DNA of 64,000 bases from an uncultured Gemmatimonadales bacterium (GTDB taxonomy: Bacteria > Gemmatimonadota > Gemmatimonadetes > Gemmatimonadales > Gemmatimonadaceae): NCBI GenBank assembly GCA_963850905.1, contig CAWKMU010000003.1, positions 3,296,001-3,360,000 on the forward strand. Direction: 5' to 3'. Of this stretch, positions 50,918 through 61,342 are shown in pieces. Position 1 is the first letter of the stretch. The number at the start of each line of letters is the position of its first letter. The position numbers were made by a program, and so were the translations under genes. Under the pieces are notes generated by a model. That model was not told the origin of the DNA. It did not search any database and saw only the letters and a list, made by a program, of their open reading frames with translations.

Positions 50918-52524
50918 TGTTGTGAGTCAGTGATAATGTCCCCTGGTGGCGTCAATAGAACTGTCCCCTAACGTCTGCTCCTCCTCACGGAGGGGCAGGT
51001 GGAGCGGACAGCGATGAGCAGTCGAGAATTCAAGCGGGGGACCGTACTGGCGCGCGTGCGGGTGGGTGATGTGCCGCTGGTTGAAGCCGCCCGGATGCTG
51101 GATCTGTCGTACCGCCAGGCGAAGCGTCTCTACGCGCGCTACAAGCGGGGTGGGGCGAAGGCGCTGGTCCATGGCAATGCGCACCGGCGCTCGAATCACG
51201 CGCGCCCGATCCAGGAGCAGGAGCGCGTCGTCGCGCTCGTGCGGACGCACTATAGCGGCGGGGCCGCCAAAGGGCCGCACCAGCGGTTTGGTCCCACGTT
51301 GGCGGCCGAGCATTTATGGGAGGACCATGGCATCCTGGTGCCGGTGCCGACGCTGCGCCGCTGGATGCGCGCGGCCGAGCTCTGGAGTCCAGTCCGGCGC
51401 CACACGCGCGTCTTTCGCCGCCGGGAGCGTCGGGCGCATTTCGGCGAGCTCGTGCAGCTCGACGGCAGCTTTCACGACTGGCTCGAAGGGCGCGGGCCCG
51501 GCGGGTCGGCGGCGGGCTGCCTCATGACGCTCATCGACGATGCGACGGGGACGACCCTCGGTCGGTTCCGCGACCAGGAAACGACGTGGGGGGCGGCCGG
51601 TGTGCTTCACGCCTGGATCGCGGCGTACGGCGTGCCGCGCGCCCTGTACGTGGATGCCGAAGAGTCTCTACGTGCCGCTCCCGACGGCGATGGAGAAGGC
51701 GCGGGGTGGCGTGGTCACCACGCAGTTCGGGCGGATGTGCGCCAAGCTGGGCATCGAGCTCATCGTGGCCAAGACGCCGCAAGCCAAAGGGCGCGTCGAG
51801 CGCATCCACGGGACGAATCAGGACCGGCTCATCAAAAAGCTCCGGCTCCAAGCGATCACCACGTACGCGGCGGCGAATACCTATCTCGAGACGCGCTATC
51901 TGGCGGCGCACAATCGGCGCTTCGCCGTGCGCGCGCAGAGTCCCGTGGATTACCACACGCGCCGGGATCCGCACCTGAGCGATCGGGATGTCTACTGTCT
52001 CGAAACGACCCGGGTGCTCGGCCGCGATTGGGTGGTGCGCCACGAGCGCCAATGCTACCAAGTGCTCGCCCGCGGCGCCGCGCGACGTTACTGCGCTCCT
52101 GGAAGCCGCCTGCTCTTGCGTGAGACGGAAGATGGGATGGTCCGCCTCCTCGTGCGCGCGATCGACGGGCGGGAGTACGCGCTCGACTGGGAGCCGGCGC
52201 CGCTCGGCCCGAGCGTCGCGTCCTCCTCGGTCCCCGCGCCACTCCCGACCGACCCTGCGCCGACACCGGCTCGCGCGGGCCGCTCCGCACCCACGCCGGC
52301 GCAACTTGCTCATCGCGCGCGCCTGCGGGCCCAGGAGGAGGCACACATGGCGCAGCGCCGCGGCTTGCAGACGTACAACGCGCAACGCCGGGCTGCTGCA
52401 TTGGCTCGGGCCGGGGACGCGTGACCCCCGGCGAGTAATCCAGAACGCACCAATGAAACTCTCTCACACCAAGGGGACATTTCTATTGAACTGAAACAGG
52501 GGACATTTCTATTGAACATTGACA
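50918..52524 (+). mobile_element. IS1202-family (ISNCY) insertion sequence, 1607 bp, 16-bp target site duplication
   Basis: Ends TGT...ACA; imperfect 27-bp IRs (TGTTGTGAGTCAGTGATAATGTCCCCT / TGTCAATGTTCAATAGAAATGTCCCCT); two sub-terminal repeats per end; CGCGTCACCGGAAGGC at 50902-50917 and 52525-52540. Confidence 0.93.
50999..52424 (+). CDS. DDE transposase (ISNCY/IS1202); one apparent +1 frameshift
   Basis: HTH LSYRQAKRL, FGPTLAAEHL, QLDGSFHDW, YVD, PQAKGRVER; shift at about 51658. Confidence 0.92.
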
Positions 52525-52636
52525 CGCGTCACCGGAAGGCTGGCCCTTTCGCAACGCCGACCGTACTGTTGTCCGTCGCGCCGCGGTCGCATCGCGCTGA
52601 CCGAGTGTCTCATCGAGTTCCGCGAGGAGGTGTCCG

Positions 52637-53221
52637 GTGTCACGTTGGACCGCGGGCCGGCGGACCAGGACGCAGATGACGCATGCGCTCGCGTTCGCCC
52701 TCATCGCCGGCCCTCTTGTCGCCCAGCAGCCGGTAGCGAACACCATGTCGGTCGAGCCCGGGACTCGTATCCGGGCGTGGGGATCTGCGAGTACGCTGCC
52801 CGTCACGGGCACGCTCGTTTCCACCTCCGGCTCGTCGCTCCGGATCGCGCATGACCGAGACACCGCCGACGTGCAGAATGTCACGCGCATCCAGGTCGTG
52901 AACGGACGGCGCGGTCACGCTCTCGCCGGCGCCCTCGTTGGCGCCGTCGCCGTCGGCGGCACCTTGGCGATCGCAGGCGCGGCATCGTGCCCGAGCAACA
53001 ACTGCATTCCAGGAGCTGGGGTGGCCGCGGGCATCCTCGGCGTGGGCGGCGCGGCCGTGGGAGCCCTCGTCGGCGGCATCGTCGGCGCGGTGATACACAC
53101 TGACCGGTGGCAGGATGTGCCACTCACGCGCGCGGCCTCCCGCGTCAATCTGCGGCTCGTGCCGAGCGGCCTCCGCGGACGACCAGGCCTCGCCGCTGCA
53201 ATCGGAGTCGGCATCGGCTGA
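52637..53221 (+). CDS. Hypothetical exported/membrane protein with Gly-rich hairpin
   Basis: GAGGAGG RBS; signal-like segment; GALVGA..GAAVGALVGGIVGA..DRWQDV. Confidence 0.65.
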   Translation: MSRWTAGRRTRTQMTHALAFALIAGPLVAQQPVANTMSVEPGTRIRAWGSASTLPVTGTLVSTSGSSLRIAHDRDTADVQNVTRIQVVNGRRGHALAGALVGAVAVGGTLAIAGAASCPSNNCIPGAGVAAGILGVGGAAVGALVGGIVGAVIHTDRWQDVPLTRAASRVNLRLVPSGLRGRPGLAAAIGVGIG

Positions 53222-53631
53222 CCACTTCGTCGGCCGGAAACACACTCGATGGCAGGGGTGGCCAGCCCCTGAAGGGACCGTCAGCCGCCGCGGCGGAAAC
53301 CATCGACGCGGCCCGCGGCACCAAAGCACATGCGCCCGCGCAGCACTCGGCGCCGGATGGCGGCCCCACACGACGTTCGGCAGCGGAACCACCGCGCCCG
53401 CCACTGACGATCGCACGCGGCAATCGAGGCGGACGGCTGGCGTCGCCGAGTGGCCTCACCCAACGCGGGCAAGGGACCGATGATAGGACTTTGGACGACC
53501 TACTACTCCCCATGGCCCGTTACTACAATGCCCAATAAGGGTATTGAGGCGCTGAACAACGGTAGAGCAGGGCGCGGCCCTGAGTACGCGCTTCGGCAAC
53601 TCGTGTGGAGACCAACGCTTCGAGGTGCAAC

Positions 53632-55221
53632 GTGGCTCAGCTCAACCGTCACCTGACCGGCTGGACAGCCAGGGCTGTCCTGGCGGTAGCAACCGTGCTC
53701 GGCGTCGGCCTCATCGCTGCCCGAGAGCAACCCGATACGGCACAGTTGTTCGAGAAAGTCCTGGCCCGCATCAAGGCGTCGAGCATCGAGCCGCTGCCCG
53801 ATTCTGCCTTGTTTATCAAGGCCGCGCGCGGGCTCGTGCGGGAGCTCAACGACCCGTATGCCGACCTCTATTCACCCGCGCAACTCGCGGAGTTCAAGCG
53901 CAACGCCCTGGGCAATGACTACGCCGGCCTGGGCCTGGGGATCGAAGACCTCAACGACTCAGTCACGATCACCGCCGTGTTCCCGGGCACGCCCGCCATG
54001 GCCTCGGGCATTCAGCGCGGTGACCGGATCATCTCCGTGGACGGCACGCGCGTCGTCGGGTGGTCGACCGACAACGTCTCAACACGTCTCACCGGCGCGC
54101 CAGGCACGAAGGTCCAGATCACGCTGATCCGGGCTGGCGTCATGAGCCCGGTGTCAGTCCAAATGGCGCGAGCGGTGGTGCACGTTCCATCCGTCCCCTA
54201 CGCACTGCTCTTCGACGGGCACATCGGGTATGTGCCGCTGTTGCGCGTCAACGAGACGGCGACCGCCGAGATCCGATCGGCACTGAAGCAGCTTCGAGCG
54301 CACGGCGCGACGGCGTACGTGCTGGACCTCCGAGGCAATCCCGGCGGGCAACTCGATCAGGCACTGGACGCAAGCAGCCTCTTTCTCAACCAGGGGACGC
54401 TGCTCGCAACAGTCCGATCGCGCGCCCCGACACCGGAGACGTATCTGTCCGGTCAAATGGGTATCGAACGCAGCGCGCCCCTCGTGGTGCTCGAGGATGG
54501 GTATACGGCGTCCGCCGCCGAGATCATTGCCGGCGCATTGCAGGACCACGACCGCGCGCTCGTTATCGGGATGCCGTCGTTCGGAAAGGGACTCGTGCAG
54601 ACGATGATTCCCCTCGAGGACGGCTGGCTTCTCAAGATGACGACGGGCCGGTGGTACACGCCCAGCGGTCGGTCGATTCACCGGCCACGCCCATATGAAG
54701 ACGGCCACTTCGTGAGCGAGGACAGCGCGCCCCTGGGGCGCACCGCGGCCGAGATCCGCGCGGGACGCCCCGTCGTTCGGTCGGACGCTGGGCGGATCCT
54801 CTACGGCGGCGGTGGGATCGTGCCCGATGTCGTCGTGCCGATGGACACCTTGTCGAGCGCCCAGCAGCATCTCATGGCCGCCTTGCAGGCGCACGCGGGG
54901 ATGGCGCGCGCCATTCTCTACGCCGTGGCTCGCGACGTCAAGGCAACCGTCACAGCCCAGTTTACTCCGCAGGCCGAGTGGCGGGCAATGTACGTGGCCC
55001 GCCTGCGGATCGCCGGGATTACGCTCAACCCCGCCCTGATGGATTCAGCCGGCACGTTCGTGGATGACCTGATCGCAGAGCGGATCGCCAACATCGCGTT
55101 CGGCGATTCAGCCGCCTTCCGCCGCAGTGTCATCCACGACGCACAATTTCAGCGAGCGCTCGCACTGCTCGATCAAGCCCCCGACGTGCAGTCGTTGCTG
55201 GCGGCGAGTCAAGGCGATTGA
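53632..55221 (+). CDS. S41 family C-terminal processing peptidase (PDZ)
   Basis: LNDPY, GLG, LDLRGNPGG, TASAAEI, SFGKGLVQ, WYTPSGRSI. Confidence 0.95.
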   Translation: MAQLNRHLTGWTARAVLAVATVLGVGLIAAREQPDTAQLFEKVLARIKASSIEPLPDSALFIKAARGLVRELNDPYADLYSPAQLAEFKRNALGNDYAGLGLGIEDLNDSVTITAVFPGTPAMASGIQRGDRIISVDGTRVVGWSTDNVSTRLTGAPGTKVQITLIRAGVMSPVSVQMARAVVHVPSVPYALLFDGHIGYVPLLRVNETATAEIRSALKQLRAHGATAYVLDLRGNPGGQLDQALDASSLFLNQGTLLATVRSRAPTPETYLSGQMGIERSAPLVVLEDGYTASAAEIIAGALQDHDRALVIGMPSFGKGLVQTMIPLEDGWLLKMTTGRWYTPSGRSIHRPRPYEDGHFVSEDSAPLGRTAAEIRAGRPVVRSDAGRILYGGGGIVPDVVVPMDTLSSAQQHLMAALQAHAGMARAILYAVARDVKATVTAQFTPQAEWRAMYVARLRIAGITLNPALMDSAGTFVDDLIAERIANIAFGDSAAFRRSVIHDAQFQRALALLDQAPDVQSLLAASQGD

Positions 55222-55299
55222 TCGGTGCGTGGATGCCGGAGGCCCTGATCCGCTTTGGACCGGTAGGAGCGACGCGTCGCCGGTCGGCCGGGCGTCTCG

Positions 55300-55983
55300 T
55301 TACGGGTGCGCAGGTGTGAAGGAGAGTCTCGAGAAGTAGCCGACCGTACCGGGACCGATCCACAGCCCGATCCGGCCGCTCCCAGAACCCAGCTTGAGAT
55401 CGTTCACGACGAGGCAGGGCTGCGGCGCGTCGTCGACGTAGAGCTGCGCGCGCGTGCCATCCACGACGATGCGCATCTTGGTCCACACGCCGGGCTGGAG
55501 GTCCGCATAGGACTCGTACTGGCCGGGCGTATCGTGACGCAGCCGGTCCCACGGATAATCCGGTATGGACTCGTACTGGATCGCGTGGTTGCGCCGCAGC
55601 TGCTGTGGCGCGCGTCCGTTCGTCGGGCGTAGGTAAATGTTCTCGAAGTGTGAAGCGTCCGAGTCAGTGTGAAAGGCCAGCCCCACGAATCCGCGCGCCG
55701 ACGTGTCCGCGTCGCTCGCGAGGGTGCTCGCCACCATCAGCTCGATCGTGCCCGCCCCGAACGCCGCGCCGTCGATCAGCGCGAGGTTCACGAGCCCTAC
55801 TTCCGAGTCGGGCCGCGGCGCGACCGTCAACCGCACGGCTTCCCGTCCTTTGTAGCTGACGGCGGCAGCCCTCACCCCAACGAGCGTGAGCCCTGTGGTC
55901 GAGTTGAGCGGGATGACGACCCCTGGGCCGGGTGTGATCGCCAGGAGAGCGGTGAGACCGAAGATGGCGCGATGGGAGGTCAT
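55300..55983 (-). CDS. Secreted DUF1080/concanavalin-like hypothetical protein
   Basis: ARGFVGLAF, IYLRPTNGRA..RRNHAIQY, YESYADL, GLWIGPGT. Confidence 0.7.
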   Translation of the reverse strand: MTSHRAIFGLTALLAITPGPGVVIPLNSTTGLTLVGVRAAAVSYKGREAVRLTVAPRPDSEVGLVNLALIDGAAFGAGTIELMVASTLASDADTSARGFVGLAFHTDSDASHFENIYLRPTNGRAPQQLRRNHAIQYESIPDYPWDRLRHDTPGQYESYADLQPGVWTKMRIVVDGTRAQLYVDDAPQPCLVVNDLKLGSGSGRIGLWIGPGTVGYFSRLSFTPAHP

Positions 55984-56065
55984 TCTGCCTCGCCGTGCGG
56001 GCAACAGTGAACGGGACTCACACGGTTGGTCACCCGTCGCGCCCTAAACGCTGCCACGTCCCTTG

Positions 56066-56341
56066 TTAGTTGTGCTTCGGCTTCCCGTCGGCCGTGGCGT
56101 GGGTGCTCCACCAGGCCGGCGACCCGATCAAGTTGGGGTCTTGTTGCGCTTTGAGCATCGCCGGTGTGACGACCGTCGTGCTGATGACCGTTCCCGTCGA
56201 GCTCGTGACCGTCGTTCGCGTCGCTTGCGCGCCCGCAGACGTCGCCGGCTGGGTGGTGGGCGCGGTCGAGCCTTGCTGAGCGAGCGCGACCGCGGGGAAT
56301 GCTCCAATGGCGCCGACGATCACTAACAGTTTGATACCCAT
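56066..56341 (-). CDS. Small secreted Thr-rich hypothetical protein
   Basis: GGAGGA RBS; signal ending ALA-QQ; C-terminal DPNLIGSPAWW. Confidence 0.7.
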   Translation of the reverse strand: MGIKLLVIVGAIGAFPAVALAQQGSTAPTTQPATSAGAQATRTTVTSSTGTVISTTVVTPAMLKAQQDPNLIGSPAWWSTHATADGKPKHN

Positions 56342-56358
56342 GCGTTCCTCCAACATCG

Positions 56359-57378
56359 TTAGACGTGGCTTGGTCGTCCCTTTACGCCGCTATGGCTCGA
56401 CGCCCTGGGCCCGAGACTTCGCAAACCATGCACCAGGAACCTGGCGACGGATCGCGCACCGGGCATTGAGGGCTGGGCTCCGGCACGAGTGACTGCGAGC
56501 GCGGCGACCGCCGACCCGTAGCGCACCGCGGCGTCGAGCGACTGGCCGCGCGACAGGGCGACGGCGAGTCCGGCGTTGAAGGCGTCGCCCGCCGCGGTGG
56601 TGTCGACCACGCGGACACGATAGGCGGGGTGCGCGCGGCTGACGCCGGCTGCGTCCGCCACGCAGCACCCGCGGTGCCCGAGGGTGACGATGACGTTCCG
56701 CGCACCGCGATTCCGCAGTTGCTCGGCCATCTCACGCCCGGCCCGCATGTCGATCGAGCCACCCGTGCCCGAGGCGCCACCACACAGCGCGACGGCTTCG
56801 GATTCGTTTGGCGTGAGCCAAGTCACGCGTTCGAAGATCCGGCGCGGCAGCGGACGGGCCGGTGCCGGATCGAGCATGACGCTCACGCCCGCGCGCGCTG
56901 CGAGCTCGACGACGGCGAGCACGGTCTCGAGCGGAATCTCGAGCTGCAGGAGCACCATCGTGGCCGACTGCACCAGGTGCCGGTGCCGCGCGATGTCGGC
57001 CGGCGTGAGCCGAGCATTCGCGCCCGGGGTCACGACGATGCTGTTCTGCCCCTGACGATCCCTGCTGATCAGGGCCATCCCGGACGGCACCCCCCGGGTA
57101 GACATGGTGGCCTGCACATCGACGCCGCGGCGCGCGAGCGCCGCGCTCAGGCGGGCGCCGGCCTCGTCGGCGCCGACGCGCCCGATCAGACTGACCGGGT
57201 GACCGAGCCGCGCGACGCCAACGGCCTGGTTGGCGCCCTTGCCACCTTCGAACAGCGTGACATCTCCGCCCAGCACCGTCTCACCCGGCCGCGGGATGCT
57301 GTCGACGCGTGACACGATATCGAGATTGATACTGCCCACGACCACGATCCGGCGCGCTCGCGTCTGTCGTGGTTTCAC
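56359..57378 (-). CDS. rbsK: Ribokinase
   Basis: VVGSINLD, GGKGANQA, LQLEIP, TPNESEA, DTTAAGDAFN; GTGA overlap start (alternative 57390). Confidence 0.92.
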   Translation of the reverse strand: MKPRQTRARRIVVVGSINLDIVSRVDSIPRPGETVLGGDVTLFEGGKGANQAVGVARLGHPVSLIGRVGADEAGARLSAALARRGVDVQATMSTRGVPSGMALISRDRQGQNSIVVTPGANARLTPADIARHRHLVQSATMVLLQLEIPLETVLAVVELAARAGVSVMLDPAPARPLPRRIFERVTWLTPNESEAVALCGGASGTGGSIDMRAGREMAEQLRNRGARNVIVTLGHRGCCVADAAGVSRAHPAYRVRVVDTTAAGDAFNAGLAVALSRGQSLDAAVRYGSAVAALAVTRAGAQPSMPGARSVARFLVHGLRSLGPRASSHSGVKGRPSHV

Positions 57379-58379
57379 GGCCGGCTCCATCGTACGACTG
57401 GCGCGATGGCCACGAGCGCAAGTCCCGCGACGAAGCAGACGAACATCCAGACGACCAAACGCCGGGCCGCGGCCGGGGCACCTCGGAATTCATGCCAGAC
57501 GAAGACTCCCCAGATGGCCGACACCAACGTCGCGCCCTGTCCGATCGCATAGGAGATCGCCGGGCCCACGATCTGCGCGCGCGCCGCCACGAAGTTGAAC
57601 ACCGTGCCCGTGCACCAGATGGCGCCGCCGACGATGCCGGCGATGTGCCACGCCCGGCGGCCGCCCGCATAGTCCTGCATGGTGAGGGGCGGGCCCGAGG
57701 TGATCGGGTGTCGCATCAGCAAGTAATTCACCGGCACGGCGCACAGCAGCACACCCAGCGCGAAGACCAGGGCAACAGCATAGGGACCGAGCCCGTTCGG
57801 GCCCGTGCTGGCACGGGTGACGAAGGGATAGAAGAGGCCCATGAGCACACCGCACGCCAGGCTGACCACGATCGCGCGGACGCTCAGGGCAGGGTGCGCC
57901 GTCTCCTTGCGGCGATAGGCCGCGGCGTCGAGCACGATGGCAAGCCCAATCAGCGCGACACCGCCGAACAGGAGGAGCGGATTCCCCTGCGGGGCGAGCG
58001 CGTAGTTCAACAGCACCCCGACGACGAGCGCGAGACCAATGCCGATGGGAAACGCGACGGCGAGACCCGCGAGCTCGATCGCTGCGACCAGGAGCAGGTT
58101 CGCGATGTTGAAGATCGCGCCGGCTGCGAGCGCGTTCGCCACGCTTCCCGCACGTGCCTGCATCAAATTGGCGACGAAACGCTCCGCGCTCTGGTCCGTG
58201 CTGCCCAGCGTGAATCCCCACAGCAGGCTCGCGAGCAGGATGCCGGCGACGTAGTCCCAGTAGTAGAGCTGAAACCGCCACCCTGGTGCGAGCTTCATGG
58301 TGTTGGCCCATGAGCCCCAGCACATCATGCTGGTGAGCATAAAGGCGAGTACAACGGCGTAGGCCTGGGGTTGGTACAC
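57375..58379 (-). CDS. GRP/DMT-family sugar transporter (ureide-permease-like)
   Basis: CWGSWANT, FQLYYWDY, AGLAVAFPIGIG, GPAISYAIGQGAT, WGVFVWHEF; coupled to ribokinase. Confidence 0.85.
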   Translation of the reverse strand: MYQPQAYAVVLAFMLTSMMCWGSWANTMKLAPGWRFQLYYWDYVAGILLASLLWGFTLGSTDQSAERFVANLMQARAGSVANALAAGAIFNIANLLLVAAIELAGLAVAFPIGIGLALVVGVLLNYALAPQGNPLLLFGGVALIGLAIVLDAAAYRRKETAHPALSVRAIVVSLACGVLMGLFYPFVTRASTGPNGLGPYAVALVFALGVLLCAVPVNYLLMRHPITSGPPLTMQDYAGGRRAWHIAGIVGGAIWCTGTVFNFVAARAQIVGPAISYAIGQGATLVSAIWGVFVWHEFRGAPAAARRLVVWMFVCFVAGLALVAIAPVVRWSRP

Positions 58380-58473
58380 GGTCCGATTCGTCTTGGGGGG
58401 AGCGACGTGCCGCGTTAGAACCGAGGGACCGCGCGCCGACCTGTCAAGACATCCGGCGCGGTCTCCTCACGTA

Positions 58474-59283
58474 CTACTTTCGGACGGCGACCCGCTCGGG
58501 CACGTCGGCGCCCGCCGCAAACCGGTCCACCCGCACCGGTGGCCACACGGCAACATCCAGCCGCTCGGCGTAGGCCAGGCGAGGCTCCTGCCCGGGAAGC
58601 GTGATCCCCGCCGCGAGCGCCATGCTGTTGGCGTCGATCTCGACCTCCGCCGGTTGGAGGGGCCACGGCACGTGATGGATCTCCGCGCGATAGAGGCGCT
58701 GCGCCCAGTCCATCGCGTACAGGCAATACCGCTCCGTGAGCCAATGATCGAGGGACCCCGGCGCACTGTGCGACACGGGACCGGTCGGGCGGTATCGTCC
58801 GTGAAATACGGCCGGCGGTGCCATGCGCTCCTGGCGGCGCGACTCGTAGGCGATCATCCCATCGGCTTCGGCCCGGAGTCGCATCGCCGCGCGCTGGTAG
58901 GGCAGGTGGTAGAGGGCCCGCGCCGCCCGCACCGCGATCGCGCTCGAGGCATCGAGACTGAAGAAGTAGACCCCGGGCTTGCCGTTGAGCGTCACGTAGG
59001 TGCGCACGTTGAGCTCGAGGAACGACGAGACGCCGGGCAGCGGCGGACCGAGATGCGGTCGGAGCGCATCGAGCGAGAATGGCGTGACGGACACCCACGC
59101 CGAACCCTCGCGGACATCGACCGCGAGCGTGCTCGGAACCAGCGCGCGCATCGTCGCCACGGGGACCGGCCAATGGGCGAACAGCAGCGTGTTCCACCGC
59201 TGCGCCATGACCCAGGGCCCAGTCGGCAGTGCCCACGGCCGATGGGCCACGACCCCCATGACGTCTTTGAGAGAGCCGACCAC
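58474..59283 (-). CDS. DUF2071/YqjF family protein
   Basis: QRWNTLLFAHWP, ELNVRTYV, GVYFFSLDA, WLTERYCLY, IHHVPWPLQ. Confidence 0.92.
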   Translation of the reverse strand: MVGSLKDVMGVVAHRPWALPTGPWVMAQRWNTLLFAHWPVPVATMRALVPSTLAVDVREGSAWVSVTPFSLDALRPHLGPPLPGVSSFLELNVRTYVTLNGKPGVYFFSLDASSAIAVRAARALYHLPYQRAAMRLRAEADGMIAYESRRQERMAPPAVFHGRYRPTGPVSHSAPGSLDHWLTERYCLYAMDWAQRLYRAEIHHVPWPLQPAEVEIDANSMALAAGITLPGQEPRLAYAERLDVAVWPPVRVDRFAAGADVPERVAVRK

Positions 59284-59448
59284 GCCGTCCTCGCGAGAGA
59301 GGGCCGCGTCCGCGTCGCCTCGCGCGTGAGCCGCGAGGTGGCGGAGGGCCGCGCGCCGCTTACTGACAACTAGTGCCTCGCGCTCCTTTCTGCCAGAGTG
59401 CCAACGCCGCCTTCAGCATCAAGGCGCCTCGACACCTGCGAGCGGTCG

Positions 59449-59718
59449 TCAGGAGGGCGCCCCGTGCGGCGCGTCGGGCCTGCCGAGCGCGATGTAGGTC
59501 TCGTCATACCACCGGCGGATGCGCACCATGAGCCGCCCATTGGACTCCTCCGGCTCGGCTCGTCCGAACTCGTGCAGTCCGCGAACTCCGACGATCCGGA
59601 CATAGACGTCCTGCGCCCGACCGCGGGCGGGCGTCGTCGTCGCATCAGGCTCTGTGTCATCGCTCACGACGCTGAAGGTGCGTCCCGCGTGCGGAAATGT
59701 GAACGGAAACGTGGCCAT
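59449..59718 (-). CDS. Small hypothetical protein
   Basis: GAGGAGG RBS before ATG 59718; 89 aa. Confidence 0.55.
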   Translation of the reverse strand: MATFPFTFPHAGRTFSVVSDDTEPDATTTPARGRAQDVYVRIVGVRGLHEFGRAEPEESNGRLMVRIRRWYDETYIALGRPDAPHGAPS

Positions 59719-60004
59719 CCCGGCCTCCTCACCACGACGCAATGTTCGGTGTCTCTTCGGGTGCCGAAAGATACGCCGATTGCGCCGGACGCGATAGGGT
59801 CGGCGCGATTGCGCGGAGGCGCCGCGCTCGAGCGTGGCCGCCTGGTCGCACTCGAAAGCACGCGAGATCGTGGTGGCCAAACGCTTGTCGAACAGGATGT
59901 TGTTGTGGCGCCTTCGAGCGCTGCCTACGCGATGTGGAGCTACCCGGTGCCGCAATAAATGTGATATCGCCGGTCAGTCTCGAGCGCGTTGCGAATCGCG
60001 CGGC

Positions 60005-61342
60005 TCACGCGGCCGCGACCGCGCGCTCGGCCAGCAGGCGCCGCATCGCGTCAAGCGTCCGCCAGTAGACGTCCTCCATCAACAGGTGCGAGAACTCGCC
60101 GTTGCGACCGATGCTGACGAGCCCGGACACGCCGGTCGTGCGCGCGAATCGCACCCGCGCCTCCTCGTACGCACGCAGATACACCGGGTAGGCAATCGCC
60201 GAGCGCATGACCCGACATCCGAGGTAGCGCTCGCGCACGCCTGGGATCCACTCGAGATAGTCGAGGCACCGCGCACCGAGCTCCTCGTCCGAGGCGCGCC
60301 AGATCTCGTCGCCCACCGTGCATCCGAGATCGGCGGTGATCAGGGTCTTCCCAGGTGGGGCGAGCCACGGCATGGACAGCGGCGTCTCGGTCAGCCGGAA
60401 GAACGGCGCCCCATCCTCCGGCGTCCAGAGCATCGTGTCGGGGAGCAGTCCGCGCCCCTCGAGCCGCAGATTCACGAACACCATCGGCCGGTACTTGAAG
60501 CTCGCCAACGGCTCCAGCGCGTCACTGCCACTCACGAGCCGCGGCAGCACGTGCACCGGTGCGGTGCTCACCACCGCGGACGCGGGATACTCCCGCCCGC
60601 CCGCGCGCACCCCGACGACCCGGCCGCGATCGACGAGGACTTGCTGCACCGGGGTGTTGAGCTCGATGCAGTGCTCGATCGGCTCGAGCAACCGCTCGCA
60701 GAGCACCGACACGCCACCCACTGGATACACGTGCCACACGTGCGGCGATTCGGGCATTTCCCGACTGTACCCGATCGCGACGGCGCGATGCGTCAGGCGT
60801 CCGTCGAGCTTGAGCAGCAGCGTATGCCCAATGCTGTGCGGGAACGCTTCCACGACCGACGGGGCGAGGTCGTCGGCCGCGGCACCCGACCATGCCTCCA
60901 GCAACGGAATCGCCACGCGGTCGGCTAGGGCGTCCCCGTAGCGGAGACGAAAGACCTCGCCCGCAGACTGGGGCCGGCGGCGCTCATCGACCACGGCGCG
61001 ACGCCGGATCGCGCTGAGCACGAAATCGGGACGGCGCATGAGGCCGAATGGGTACGCATACGTGTGCCCGCCGAGCCGCACCGACTCACCGTAGTGCTCG
61101 ACCGTTCGACACTGTGCACCCACGCCGATCGCTGCCGCGAGGCGGTTCGTGATGAAGTGGGCGCCAAAGTCGTACGTGAAGCCGTCCGCGTCACGTTCCG
61201 TGGCCGCGAGCCCGGCGATGCGCGCACCGGCCTCGAACACTCGTACGGCGATGCCGCGTCGCCGGAGGTAGGACGCGGCCGTCAGTCCGGCGAGCCCGGC
61301 ACCGATGACGACGACGGGCGCGCGATTTCCGAAGTCAGCCAT
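60005..61342 (-). CDS. FAD-dependent oxidoreductase (protoporphyrinogen oxidase/amine oxidase-like)
   Basis: GAGLAG, GLA, DFGAHF, AYPVY, IGRNGEF. Confidence 0.88.
   Translation of the reverse strand: MADFGNRAPVVVIGAGLAGLTAASYLRRRGIAVRVFEAGARIAGLAATERDADGFTYDFGAHFITNRLAAAIGVGAQCRTVEHYGESVRLGGHTYAYPFGLMRRPDFVLSAIRRRAVVDERRRPQSAGEVFRLRYGDALADRVAIPLLEAWSGAAADDLAPSVVEAFPHSIGHTLLLKLDGRLTHRAVAIGYSREMPESPHVWHVYPVGGVSVLCERLLEPIEHCIELNTPVQQVLVDRGRVVGVRAGGREYPASAVVSTAPVHVLPRLVSGSDALEPLASFKYRPMVFVNLRLEGRGLLPDTMLWTPEDGAPFFRLTETPLSMPWLAPPGKTLITADLGCTVGDEIWRASDEELGARCLDYLEWIPGVRERYLGCRVMRSAIAYPVYLRAYEEARVRFARTTGVSGLVSIGRNGEFSHLLMEDVYWRTLDAMRRLLAERAVAAA

Noticed and set aside
6552..52424. Calling the frameshifted genes true pseudogenes or programmed frameshifts
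   Set aside because: All are single-base insertions, mostly in one motif, with no in-frame stops or slippery sites; more consistent with consensus error until reads are checked.
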